In this document: piece after piece, positions 44,391-56,100 of the stretch
Layout: every line of letters begins with the position of its first letter
How positions within the stretch are numbered: the stretch's first letter is position 1
IMG/VR virus record: IMGVR_UViG_3300037092_000074
DNA length: 64,000 nt
Direction: 5' to 3' (one strand)
Source of the DNA: an uncultured virus (IMG/VR IMGVR_UViG_3300037092_000074)
Lineage: Duplodnaviria; Heunggongvirae; Uroviricota; Caudoviricetes
Notes under the pieces: model-generated
What the model was told of the DNA's origin: nothing
Seen by the model: only the letters and a program-made list of their open reading frames with translations
Database searches by the model: none
Made by a program: the position numbers and the translations under genes

Positions 44391-45294
44391 TCTTCTTTCC
44401 TTTTCGCATGTTGTCTATGTGCCAGAGCGGTTGAAGGTTCGTATAGTGACAAGCAACCAAAAACTGTTCTCTGTCTGTTAGATCAAAGGAGGCTAAGGGA
44501 AGAATATGGTCGATATTCCATTTTCCTTCTCCGTGACCCCAGTTTTCCCATGTCATTCCCGGCGAGAACATCAACTCTAGTCTTGCTTTAAGTTCGGGAA
44601 TTGGGCACCCGAGATCGCGGACAGCAGACCCGGCTTTCTGATCTCGATTGATAGCTTTGGTGAGACGAGACCGAAGACGACTTGCTAACTTGAAATTGGG
44701 GTCTTCCGCCGTTTTCCTTTTAGTCCACTCATTGCTGACTTTGTTAATATGCTCTCGCTGAGTTGCCCTGCGTTTATCTCTACTAATTGCCTCCTTCTTG
44801 AGACTCTCGTCTAAGTTTTCAAGCCTTCGTTGTTTCCGCCTGATCGGAACAAGAGGATCATTCTTTTGCCTAGCTAAAATCTCCTCTTTGTTTTCTGCAT
44901 AGTGTTTTGCGCTTCGGGAAATAACGAGGTCTCTGTGGATTTCGTAGTATTTGGTTTTAGCTTTTTTCCCTATTTCGGGATGTTCTAGTGCGTATCTTGC
45001 TTGTTTGATGGAAATCTCTTCCTTGTGTTCTTCATAGTATTTCTTCTTACAGGCTTTACAGCTAGAAGCAAGCCCGGTTTTGTTGTGAGAACATATTTCG
45101 AATTCTTCGGCTTTTTTAAGTTCTCCGCATTTTGAACACACTTTGTTTTCTACGCTAACTGGAAACAGCCTGGTTTTGTTGTTTTCGGCCACACAGGACT
45201 TACACCACCCAAAGTGTCCATCTTTAGAAGTTTTATCTTTGTTGAAATTTTCAATGAGTTGTTCAAGAGCACATTTGGTGCAGATTTTCGTCAT
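44314..45294 (-). CDS. HNH homing endonuclease (antisense insertion)
   Basis: KICTKC/KVCSKC repeats, MTWENWG...WNIDHILPLASF...CHYTNLQPLW..DN..K; AGGAG SD. Confidence 0.9.
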   Translation of the reverse strand: MTKICTKCALEQLIENFNKDKTSKDGHFGWCKSCVAENNKTRLFPVSVENKVCSKCGELKKAEEFEICSHNKTGLASSCKACKKKYYEEHKEEISIKQARYALEHPEIGKKAKTKYYEIHRDLVISRSAKHYAENKEEILARQKNDPLVPIRRKQRRLENLDESLKKEAISRDKRRATQREHINKVSNEWTKRKTAEDPNFKLASRLRSRLTKAINRDQKAGSAVRDLGCPIPELKARLELMFSPGMTWENWGHGEGKWNIDHILPLASFDLTDREQFLVACHYTNLQPLWHIDNMRKGKKIILLESMPKESLLLCSGPLGPGAET

Positions 45295-45358
45295 TTCTTC
45301 TCCTAGTATTATACTAGCACATCAACCCGCAGTTTGTCAAGCCCAAAAGGAAAAAATA

Positions 45359-47167
45359 ATGGGTATTCCCACTTCTCCGATGTCCAGTCCAAACCCATAC
45401 GAAGGAACGTCCAATCCCCCGAACAACGGGGTTGTAGATACCATAACTCCTCCTCCGGAAGAGATGCAATCTCCTTCGCAGCCTTCCCCTGCTGCGGTGT
45501 CTAGTGGAATGGTAGGCCAGGCCCCTCCTGTCCAAACTCCCTCAGCACAAACAGCACCCCCTGAGCAGCAGACTCAGAACCCAATGACGGGCGGACAGCA
45601 AGTTCCCCCGAGGGGTCACGCCTTCCATCGGGTTATGCAAGCAATGGAGGGAAAAAGTGACAACTGGGTTCAGACTCCGAATGGACCCGAGAACCAACCA
45701 GTTCAAAATACTCCGGGACACTTCTTCCGCAGCATCCTGGCTGGAGCAGTAGCCGGAGCCGCTGGGGGAGCAGAAACTCCTTACTTTGGAAAAGGTATGG
45801 CAATGGGGGCCGGGGCCGGGATGAAAGAACAGCAGGCCCAGCACCAGAGAGATCAGCAACAGGCCCAACAGCAGTTTGAGAATCAGCAGAAGGTGAACGA
45901 AGCAGACCAGAGGAAAATTCAAATTGATGCTACTGTCGCTAATATGCACTCTGAAACCATTGCTAGGCAGCACCAGACTGACATCTTGGACAAGACGTAC
46001 CACGACAACCATAATGCAGCTTCGGCTGCTATGGTGAATAGTCTCAAGCAAGCGGGAGGCGTAGCCCCTGTTGACGGGGCCGTCCCCGAAGAAATATCCG
46101 CTCCCGAACTGAGAGACGCAATCATCAAAGATCGCAACGTGCAGCGGGCCCCCGAGGGCTATGTTCGTCATTTCTTTGATCGGACCGATTCTACAGAAGT
46201 AACGTGGGACGAGAAAAACCAGAATTGGGTAACTCCAGACGGAACGTCCGCTAACATGACGGACAAGACCACTCTGGATGTTCTCGATGTTCCCCGTGAC
46301 GCTATGACTACGAAGAAACCTGTGTCCGGGGCCGACCTAAATAAAATTTACGGTCAGAAGATGTTTGACGAAAAAGGCTCAGACGGAAAACCCAAAATGT
46401 ATCAGGTATCTCCCTGGGATTTGGATTCGGCTAATACTAACCGACTGAAAAATGAGAACGAAACCGCAAGAACAGCGGCGTCCACCCGCACCGCGCAGTT
46501 AGAATCTAACAGGCAAGCACAGGAAGCAGAGAAACAAAGGTTGGATCGTTTTGAAAGCTACCGTCAAGCGGTTACCGAAACAAATACTAATCTAAACAAG
46601 CAGGCCAGCGAGGAAATGGACCCCACCAAGAGAGACGCTATTCGGCAGCAGATTGCGGCCAATGACGCCGGGTTTAAATCTAGGCGGGACGAGATTTTCG
46701 GAACTAAAACGGGAAAGAAAAGTGAAACTGCTCCTCCCCCGCCTCCGCCCCCGCCGGATACTAATACCGTCTCGGGGTTACAGAGCACGGTCGTCGGATA
46801 TGCTCCCGAGGCACTAAAGGGAGCAACAAACGTGTATTTGAAAGGTGGTCCTATCGGAAACATACAAGTTCCCGCCCCCACTTCTTATCCTGACTTTGTG
46901 AGCAATTTATCCAGCACGCAAGGCCAAGTACCCGAGCAAAATAAACTGTCCCCTCAAGACTATCAGCGTGTTTTGGATTTGGGAAAAACCTATTTTGATA
47001 ATCTCCCCAAACTCCAGCAAAAGTTCTCTGGGGAGGGAGCCGAGAAGAAGATGGCGAACGCTAGGTCCCGAAACCCCGGAATGACAATAAAACCGACGGA
47101 CTTGGATTACTTCACGGACGACGGTCGAGTGCGCCCCGGGAAACTAAGCCTTATAGGTCGCCGCTAA
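45359..47167 (+). CDS. internal virion/ejection protein
   Basis: Pro/Gln-rich N-terminus, Gly/Ala hydrophobic stretch, coiled coils; AAGGA SD. Confidence 0.6.
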   Translation: MGIPTSPMSSPNPYEGTSNPPNNGVVDTITPPPEEMQSPSQPSPAAVSSGMVGQAPPVQTPSAQTAPPEQQTQNPMTGGQQVPPRGHAFHRVMQAMEGKSDNWVQTPNGPENQPVQNTPGHFFRSILAGAVAGAAGGAETPYFGKGMAMGAGAGMKEQQAQHQRDQQQAQQQFENQQKVNEADQRKIQIDATVANMHSETIARQHQTDILDKTYHDNHNAASAAMVNSLKQAGGVAPVDGAVPEEISAPELRDAIIKDRNVQRAPEGYVRHFFDRTDSTEVTWDEKNQNWVTPDGTSANMTDKTTLDVLDVPRDAMTTKKPVSGADLNKIYGQKMFDEKGSDGKPKMYQVSPWDLDSANTNRLKNENETARTAASTRTAQLESNRQAQEAEKQRLDRFESYRQAVTETNTNLNKQASEEMDPTKRDAIRQQIAANDAGFKSRRDEIFGTKTGKKSETAPPPPPPPPDTNTVSGLQSTVVGYAPEALKGATNVYLKGGPIGNIQVPAPTSYPDFVSNLSSTQGQVPEQNKLSPQDYQRVLDLGKTYFDNLPKLQQKFSGEGAEKKMANARSRNPGMTIKPTDLDYFTDDGRVRPGKLSLIGRR

Positions 47168-47181
47168 AACAGGAGAGATGA

Positions 47182-50100
47182 GTGCCAGATTATAGCATAT
47201 ACGGATCGGGAGGCGTTTCGGACGGCAGAGGTCCCTCGTCCGGAAACTCTTCTTTGGGGTTAGAGACTGCTGTTAGTCCGAGTCCGTCGGATTCTTCTGC
47301 ATCAAAATACTCCATCTACGGATCGCCCTCCCCCGAAGCTAGTCCGGATAATGGACAATCCTCTGTGGCCCCTTCCGCTCCTCAGCACACCTACCAAGAC
47401 GAGTCTCAGCCTTGGTACAAACGAGCCTGGGACTACGCAAATACACCAATCACTTCCTCCCTCTTCGGCCTGCCCGAGGAAAGACAAGGGGCTGGCGGGT
47501 TTGAACGCGGAGTGGAGCACATCGCGGCTGGGCTCACAAGTCCTCTCAGTTTGGCTTTAGGTGCTGCCACCTTCGGCACTGGTGGTTGGATCGCTGGGGC
47601 GGGAGAAACCGCGCTCAAAGAATCCGGGGAGTTTACTGCCGCCGAAATTGCCGACGCGATAAAAGGTTCCAAAGCCGCCCTACAAGCCGCCAAGAGTGTG
47701 CCTGCTATCGAGCCGGTTATTGGCAAAGCCTTGGCTGAAGCCGGGCCTGAGCTACCGAACTTGGTGGAACGGGCCAAGGAAGTTCTAGGTCCTATAGACC
47801 GCAGCGCGGAGTTTGGCGAACCCGAAGTTCAAAAAGCCTTACTCGCCTCTGGAAAGTTCTCAGAACCGGAGCTTGCGGACCTCACCAAAGCCAGCCAGAC
47901 GATCCGGAACGCCAAGGAGGGGTTCGCCCCCATCGACGACGCTGTCCGTGCCTCTGGAGCCGATGTAGCCAACTGGAAACGGGCCCAGGCTTTGCTGTCC
48001 AAAAACGGCTTAGACGAAACAAGTGATCTTTTGGGGGGGCACCTGCTCGAACGCGGAGCCTTCCAAATCATTAGAAAAGCCGCCCCCGACATTCCTGTCG
48101 CCGGGGCTGTTCGTGCTGCCAAAACGGCAACCGAGGTTATGCAGGCCGGGTTCACCTACCAGCAGCTTGAAATGGCGGCCCAAATGTCGCCCCGGTTCTT
48201 CGACGCCCTGAAAGAAGGGGACTACGACCATGCGATGGAGTACGGCACGGAAGCGGTGCTCTCTGGTGGCATGGGTGTCTTGGGAGCTTCCCACGCTTTG
48301 CACACGGCGGGAGAACTCTTCAAGCCCCTTTTGGGCTCCGAGGAAACCCCAAGATTGTCCGACCGTTGGCTGGCAGTGGAAAGGGCCAACAAAGAGCGGG
48401 AGACCGCTCACGCGGTCGCGGAGCAGCACGGAATCAACATCCAATCCGAAGCCATGAAACGTTTGGGGCATGAAAACCCCAACCCCGTCTTCGGAGACAA
48501 ACCGGAAATCAAGGCTCAGAAGCAAGCCGACCTCACAGACCTCGCTCTGTGGACGGAAACTCACCAAGGAGACGCGGGGAAAGCCAAGGCCATAGATTCC
48601 GCTCTGTGGAAAGCCGAAGGTCGCGCCCCGGAAGAAAGTCCATTATCCGGACTTCCCCAGGTGGGGACCCCTCTAGCTTCTAATGAAGTTCCCCTCCAGG
48701 CGGGGACCCAAGCCGTAGGAAGCACTTCGTCTGGTGAGGTTCGTGTGGGGGCAGACGGTCGTCCTGTTGTTTGGATCAGTCCCGCAGATTGGGACATCTT
48801 CGAAGCTATCACCGGACAGCCCGGCACGGGAGTAAATTACTCTCCGGCAGAGGCTGATCGTCTACTAAGTCGCTTCAATCCTGAAAGTTCAATCGGACAG
48901 TTGATTTCCCAAGCTCGGAAGATAGCAGGCCCAACGGCTGTCCTTAAAGCACCAGGGAGCAATCCTGACTTCACGATCAGAGTTGCCAAGGAAGAGCTTC
49001 ATCACACATGGCAGAGAGAACTTGCCACAAACGGAGAGATAGAAAACCATCTTAATCGTCCCCAATGGAGAAGATTGTATGATATAATACCCCCAGGACA
49101 GACAGCAGAACTCGACCGTTTGGGATATAACCAAAAACCAATTGTGAGAGTAGCAGAGACTGCGGCCAAGTTTAGGGCTGGTATTGTTCCCCCGGGAGTG
49201 TCGGACGAGGAAGTCCTCGGCTTCTTAAAGGAGTACCGCAAAGAAGTTGAATCCAAACATGGAAAAGACGCTTGGGAAGACCCCGGCAACATCAACAACG
49301 TGGCAGCACAGCACGTAAAGGACATTTATGACAAACGAAGAGCAGGACAAGTATCTGCCAATGGTGGGCTGGCCAACAACGCAGCAAACCAAGGATTGGT
49401 GGGAAGCGTCGGGCAAGGGGGACGCGGAGCACCTAGCCTACATCAAGAAGGCGCGGTCGGAGTACGAGGCAAAACACCCGAAGGTCTAGCCTCTCGCGTC
49501 CGGAAACTGGACGAAGAACCCTTGTCCTTCGCTTCCCCGAACGTCCATAATCTCGGTGGAATAGACGACGCACAACAGCGCCTCGAATCCCGGCCCCAAA
49601 AGATCGCCGAGAAACTGTCGGGAGATTTAGCCTCCTCCCTGAAAATCAAAGCCTCCGTGCGTCCTGCCCTTGGTCATTGGGAAGGCGGCGCGGAGAATTC
49701 TGTTTTGGGACGCTTCGCTCCCGGCACAGACCCAGACGCTGTTGAATACCACAACGCTTTGCTGGCCAAAGCTGGGTATCAAAATGCCGGAGCCGGGTTT
49801 ATCCCAGGAGAAGGTAAAGACGTGCTGTTCCAATTCCGAGTTTCGGATGGGGCCGCAAGCACCAAGCAGATCGCAGAAGTTCTGGAGCAACACGGAATTC
49901 CAGGGGATACAATTGAACCCATTCCCGGGGGAAACCTTGTCCACATCGTCGGAGCAAACGGAGAATTTCGTCCGCAAGTCAGCGAAATCGCGGCGCGTCT
50001 CGGCGCGGGAAAAGTAGGAGAAATCTATGGCAGAAAATTTGAGAACGGCGACTACACAGACAGGGACGCCGCCCAATCCGCTTTTGACCGCAGGCTCACC

Positions 50101-53100
50101 GAACTCGAAGTCAAGCACCCAGAATGGCGTGGAGTTCGTCAAGCTTTCGAATCAAGGCCCGATCACGTGGAGCTTTCAAGGCTCGTCCGGGAAACCAAGT
50201 CCCCGTTCGTAGAAGGGGTCCACGGATCGCGTACCCCCGGAATCTCCACCCTAACCCCTGAGACAGATGTCAAGGGTCCGCAAAAAGGGGCGCAAGAAGC
50301 CAGGGCTAAAGCCTTTCCCAAGGACTTTGTAAAACGGACATACTTCCGGGAAGAGGGTTCGCACGGAGAGCCCTTCTACGAACACATGCCATACCAGTAC
50401 AAAGCTCGCATGAATGCGGAAAACTTGTACGACTATGTGGATGACCCTGACCACTTACTACAAGCGGCATACAAAGAGGCGGCAGATCGCAAAATATCCG
50501 GGCAACCCGGAGCTATTGGAACAATCTACGAACGCCTAATGCGCGACTCCGGGTACGAAGGTTACTATCACACAGGAGCCCGGGAGATTGGTGCATTCAA
50601 AGATACGCAGGTCGAGGCCAAACTCCAAGCACAAGCCAGTGGCCGTCCATTATCCGGACAACTCGCTTTTGGTCTGGCCTCCGGCGAAAAACCGGCAGAG
50701 TGGGAAGACATCAAGCCCCATCTTACCCCGGAGGAAGTCCAGAAACACGATACTCCCGAGAAGCAGAACCTGCTCACAGCCGCCTTTAACTCCATGCCCA
50801 ACCACGAAGAGTGGACCGCCGCTATCCGGGCGGGCCGGGCGGGGTCGTTGTGGTATGAAAGATCGACTCGGGCTTTTGACGCTCTGATCGACTCCGGAAT
50901 TCCGTGGTTGTGGAAGGCGGACAAAGAGAAGTTCCTGAACTTCACCGCTGCTCTATCTCCCGTACAACCCGTTCAAGCCAACCTGCGCATGGCGCTAAAT
51001 CTCTGGGCTAAGTGGGATAAAGCGGGCCGCCCACAAGACGTTACATGGAAAGATGGAAAGGTCTCCAGCAAGAATGCTTCGCTCTACAGAATTCTCGCCG
51101 GTCGTGGAGACTCTCAGGGAGTAGACCTTCCCGCAAGAATGGGCAACGCAATCCGCGCCCTACAGGGAGAACCTCTGTCTGGCCCCAAGGTATCTTCTTT
51201 CACCAAGAACCTGGGCAAAGACGCCTCTCGGGTTACGAACGATACCTGGATGGCTGTATTTGGGGCTCACGATCCAAACCGGATTAACAAACCGGCAATT
51301 TACGATTCCATGTCTGCCAAGGTCCGCGAAGCGGCCAAGGCGGAGGGCGTAGAACCTCGCCAGGCCCAGGCCGCAATCTGGTGCTTCATCAAATCCCTGG
51401 CCGAGTTGTCTGGCTGGGGGAACGACCGCTGGATACCCCCGCAAGAAATCATCAAGCAAGGCTTGCTCACGCCCGAACTTGTAGCTCAGCACTCGGCGGA
51501 CTTTGCGGACATGCTCAAAACCGACCCCGAAATCCGGGGAGTAATCAAGAAACTTGGAGGAGACCTCAATGCCCTCGACACAAAACTCGAAACCTACGTC
51601 CCAAGAAAGCCTATCACGGGAGAAGCTCAGGAGCCTGCTACTCACCTTCTTAACGCGGCTGACAGACTCGAAGCCTCCCGCAGAGACTCGCGGGTAGCTT
51701 CACACCTCGCCCGCAAGCAAGGACCCTCGTTATTCGACACAGAATTCGGTCCGGATAATGGACTGTTCTCACGCGAACGTATGCCCGACTTCATAAAGCA
51801 AGCTGAAGAGAGGGGGGATAAGGACGATCCTCTCATCGCTGGATGGAAAAAGATACTGCGTGGCCACGAACTGTCTCCAGAGGAAAAGCAAGAAGTAACC
51901 AACCAAGCAAGCAAAGACTTGTCTGCTTTTATCTACCAGCCGCACCCCAACGACTTGGATACTCTTTGGACGAAGCAGCAGGCTAAGTACCTTTCCGAGC
52001 ATCCCGAAGAGGCTGCTTTCAGAAAATCGGTCATAGAAAAGTTCAACCCCGGAGCCTTGGCAAAGTATGGAGTCTCTCCCAATAAACCCCTAGCTTCCAG
52101 AGAAAGTCCGGATAATGGACTGTTTTCCAAAGAGAGGGAAAATACTCCGGAGTTCAAGTCCTTCTTCGGAGATTGGACTAAACCGGACAAGGACAGCGTG
52201 TCCAAAGTCGTGGACCAAACCGGGCAACCCAAGGTTGTTTATCACGGAACCAAAGGAAACTTCACTGAATTTCGTGTAGACCCAAATAATGCTCACAGCC
52301 CCTACGGTTTTTACTTTACAGATTCCCCGGAATATGCTGGAAAATACACGGCCAACCGAACAGGCGATAACATCATGCCCGCGTATGTTCGGATTACCAA
52401 ACCTGCTTCTTGGGAAGAGTTCAAGCAAGCAATTCGTGCGGACCGGACCAACGGGGTAAAGAACCTCCAAGCAAAGGGGTACGACGGCGTAGTTGCTAAG
52501 CAGAGCGAAGAGTGGGGAGGAATTCCCATTCCGAATGACCCAAATGTGTATGTAGCCTTTTCCCCGAACCAAATCAAATCTGCTATAGGAAATCGCGGCA
52601 CCTTTGATCTCACAAACCCCAACATGCTGTTTTCGAAGGAGCGCGAAAACCAAGCACCGCAGTGGTACCTGAAGTCCAACCAGCTAGTTGACTCCCGGAT
52701 GCAAGGGCCTATGCCCGCAGACACCGTCCGGAAGATGCTGGAGAACAACGGCGTAAAACCAGACGAACTAAAATACACCGGCCTCTCAGACTTCCTCCGC
52801 GAGAAGGGGAAGGAACCCGTGCGTCCGGAAGAAGTCAAGGACTACCTGGCCGCGAATAACCTTCAGATACAGGAGGTGACGAAAGGACAAAACCTTTCTC
52901 GCATAGACCAAATTTCTCAAAGCTTGTATGGACGACCATATTCCTCCCTTGAAGAAACCCCCCGAGAAGTAGTTGATCGAGCCGCATCTCGGTGGAAGGG
53001 AGATGGAGAAGAAGAGCAGAGAACCAAATTCGGCACCTACACCCTCCCTGGTGGTGAGAACTACCGAGAGTTGTTGCTGGCCCTTCCTGACTCCCGCGAA

Positions 53101-56100
53101 ACACAACAACTCGTCAATCGAACAGATCAACAATTCAGGTCTTCTCACTGGGACGAACCCAACGTAGTAGGCCATGTCCGATTCAACGACCGCACAGGAC
53201 CCAACGGCGAAAAACTGTTGCACCTGGAAGAACTGCAATCTGACTGGCACCAGAAGGGGAGGACGCTAGGGTACAGAACTGAACTACTTCCCGAGGAAGA
53301 ACAAAGACTCAAGCACGCCATTGAAGAAAGAAATCTAGCGGCTGAAGGGAGAGCCAACAGTCGTCGGGACCCGGACAAGAGCGCGTTCGATGAAGCTACG
53401 TCTCGGATGGAGAGACTTGACGCCGAAATTTCTGAACTGAATAAGAAGAAAAACGGACCCGTCCCCGACGCCCCCTTTAAGAAGACCTGGCCCGAACTTC
53501 TCTTCAAGAGAATGACCCGCTATGCTTCCGAACACGGATACAACGGAATCTCGTGGACACCGGGAGAAGAGCAGGCGGCTAGGTATGACTTGTCGAAGAC
53601 GGTAGACCACGTTGAGTATTTCCCCGAACTTCAAAGGCTAAACGCCACAAAAGACGGATACCACGTATTGTCTGAGAGCGTGCCAAAGGAAAAACTTCCT
53701 GATTATATCGGAAAAGAAGCGGCCAGAAAGCTTCTCGAAAGTCCTCTTACCAAGAAGAAGCTAGAAGAGGACTTTGACGCCCACCATGTCCTGTCCGGAA
53801 CCGACCTCAAAGTCGGCGGCGAAGGCATGAAGGGCTTCTACGACAAGATGGTCCCCGAAATGGCCAACAAACTAGGCAAACAGTTTGGAGCTAAGGTTGG
53901 GGAGACGAAGATTGAAGCCGGTACCAAAGAGAGTCGAATTCCAATCCCCGAGGAAGAAGGCGGAGGCACGCAGCCCGGAAGACGAGTTGCCGACACCCGA
54001 ACCGTTCCCTACTTCCCCATCACCGATTCTATGCGCGAGTCTGTCCTGTCTCAAGGTCAGCCGTTGTTCTCGAAGGAAAGTCCGGAAAACGGACAACTGC
54101 CGCCAAACATCGACGACATGATTCGGAACAATGTGTGGAAGGACCAACCCGAAGCTTACCGGAAACAAGTCCATGACTCCTTGGGTAGAATCGCGTCTGG
54201 AGCAGTTCCGGCTAACGTGCTTCAAGCTGCTAAGTACCTGGGCCCGGAAGACGCACGCAACTACGAAATAGGCTCGGCCAACGACATACTCCACAACCAC
54301 ATCGACGACCACAACCACCGCGTATGGCAGGATGCCAACCCGGAGGGGAAAGTCATATCAGCCGAAGCCCGGACCGGGAAGTTTGCAACCAACGTAACGG
54401 CGGCCAGGCATCGTGTCTTCGACTCGCTGGTAACCGGACTTTTGAAATCCCCGAAGCAGATGCAGTTCGATCCCGTATCGGCTGTAGCCCGGGGTCGTGT
54501 CGAGCTTATCAAAGCGGCGGCCAATCGGCAGTTCATACGCTCAATGCGCGACGGCTTTGCCCGGGCTTCTGACGGACGCCCAGCCCTAGTATTGTCTGGC
54601 TCCGGAAATGTTGTAGCGGGAGAAAACGGGGAAGACCCCAAGACATTCATTTCCCCGGACCGCGTGCAGAAGATCAACATCGCACAGCCCGCTATCGACG
54701 AAATGAAAAAGTCAGGGGACTTCGACCGCTTCCTGGCCGACGGAACCATCAAGAACCTGACGCCCAGGGTTCACCCGGACAATATCAGAACCTCTATTGC
54801 CCGGATGGAGGATCAGGCCCAAAGGAAAGACGCTCAGTACAACACAGCACCCGAAGGGCCCACTCGTCCGGAAAATGGACAGCCGTTTGCTGCAAATCCT
54901 GCTCCGGGAGAACCGTACAACATTCTTCGTCAACAAATCGCTGAACTCAAGCACATGCAGGAATCCGGGGATTACTCGGGCTTGCGTGAATTCAACGACA
55001 AGATGAAGCCTGTTTACGCTTGGGACCCCCAAGACTATATCACCTTGGACCACAACGCGATGCGGGGTTGGAACTTTGTCACCAACGATTCAGCCGGACA
55101 CGGAATTCTGGTTGATGCCGAAATCAAGGCGCATCCTGAATTTGCTCAATATCTGAAAAACAGACTTGGACTGGAGCCTTCGTCCATAGCCAACAACCCA
55201 ATTGGAAAAGCGGCCCTGGGTGTGGGGTCGGCGGCCAAACACGTACTGTTGTCAATGTCCCCCTTCCACACTGTCCAAATCGCTTTACGTGGGGTTCTCG
55301 CGGGGGTAAATCCTTTTACTCTTCATGGGCCCGACATTCTGAATGGGGCCAAGATCGACCCGGCAGACCCGCACTCCGAAACCAAGATCAAAGCGATGGT
55401 CCGCCAAGGGTACACCACGGGAACTGACTACAAAGCGGCCCAGGCCCACTCCGAAGGACTGTCCACCGGGGGCGAGGCTCTACGTCGAATCCCAGGTGTA
55501 GGTCCTTTGCTGGCGAACTCCCTCAACGCATACAACGACTTTTTGTTCCACCGCTACATTCCCGCAATCAAGGCGACAGCGGCTGAACATCTTTTCGATC
55601 AATACAGAGAGGCACACCCTGAATGGTCTACAGACCGTGTGGCTAAAGCCTCGGCTCTCCACGCCAATAACTCGTTTGGAGGAATCAATTGGAAGGCAAT
55701 GGGCAGGTCTGCTACGACACAGGATTGGGGAAGACTAATGCTTCTGGCCCCGGACTGGCTGGAGTCAGAAATGCGGTCGGGCGCTCGCCTCTTCAACAAA
55801 GACGAGGGTGGAGTTAGTCGCAAGCAGATTGCAATTATGACCATGAGTTTGTGGGGAATTGCAAGAGTCCTCAATACCCTCGCTACTGGAAATCCACACC
55901 TGGAAGCCCCTTTTGGTCTGGCCACTAAAAACAAAGAAGGCAAGGAGATAATTTACAGTATCAGGACTTTGCCGACTGACCTTTTGCACGCCTCGACCGA
56001 CCCCGTGGGATTTATCAAAGGTAGGCTGTCCCCTACGATCCACACGGGTCAGGAGCTACTGACGCAAAGAGATACCTTTGGGCGTAAGTTAGGTCCGGAA

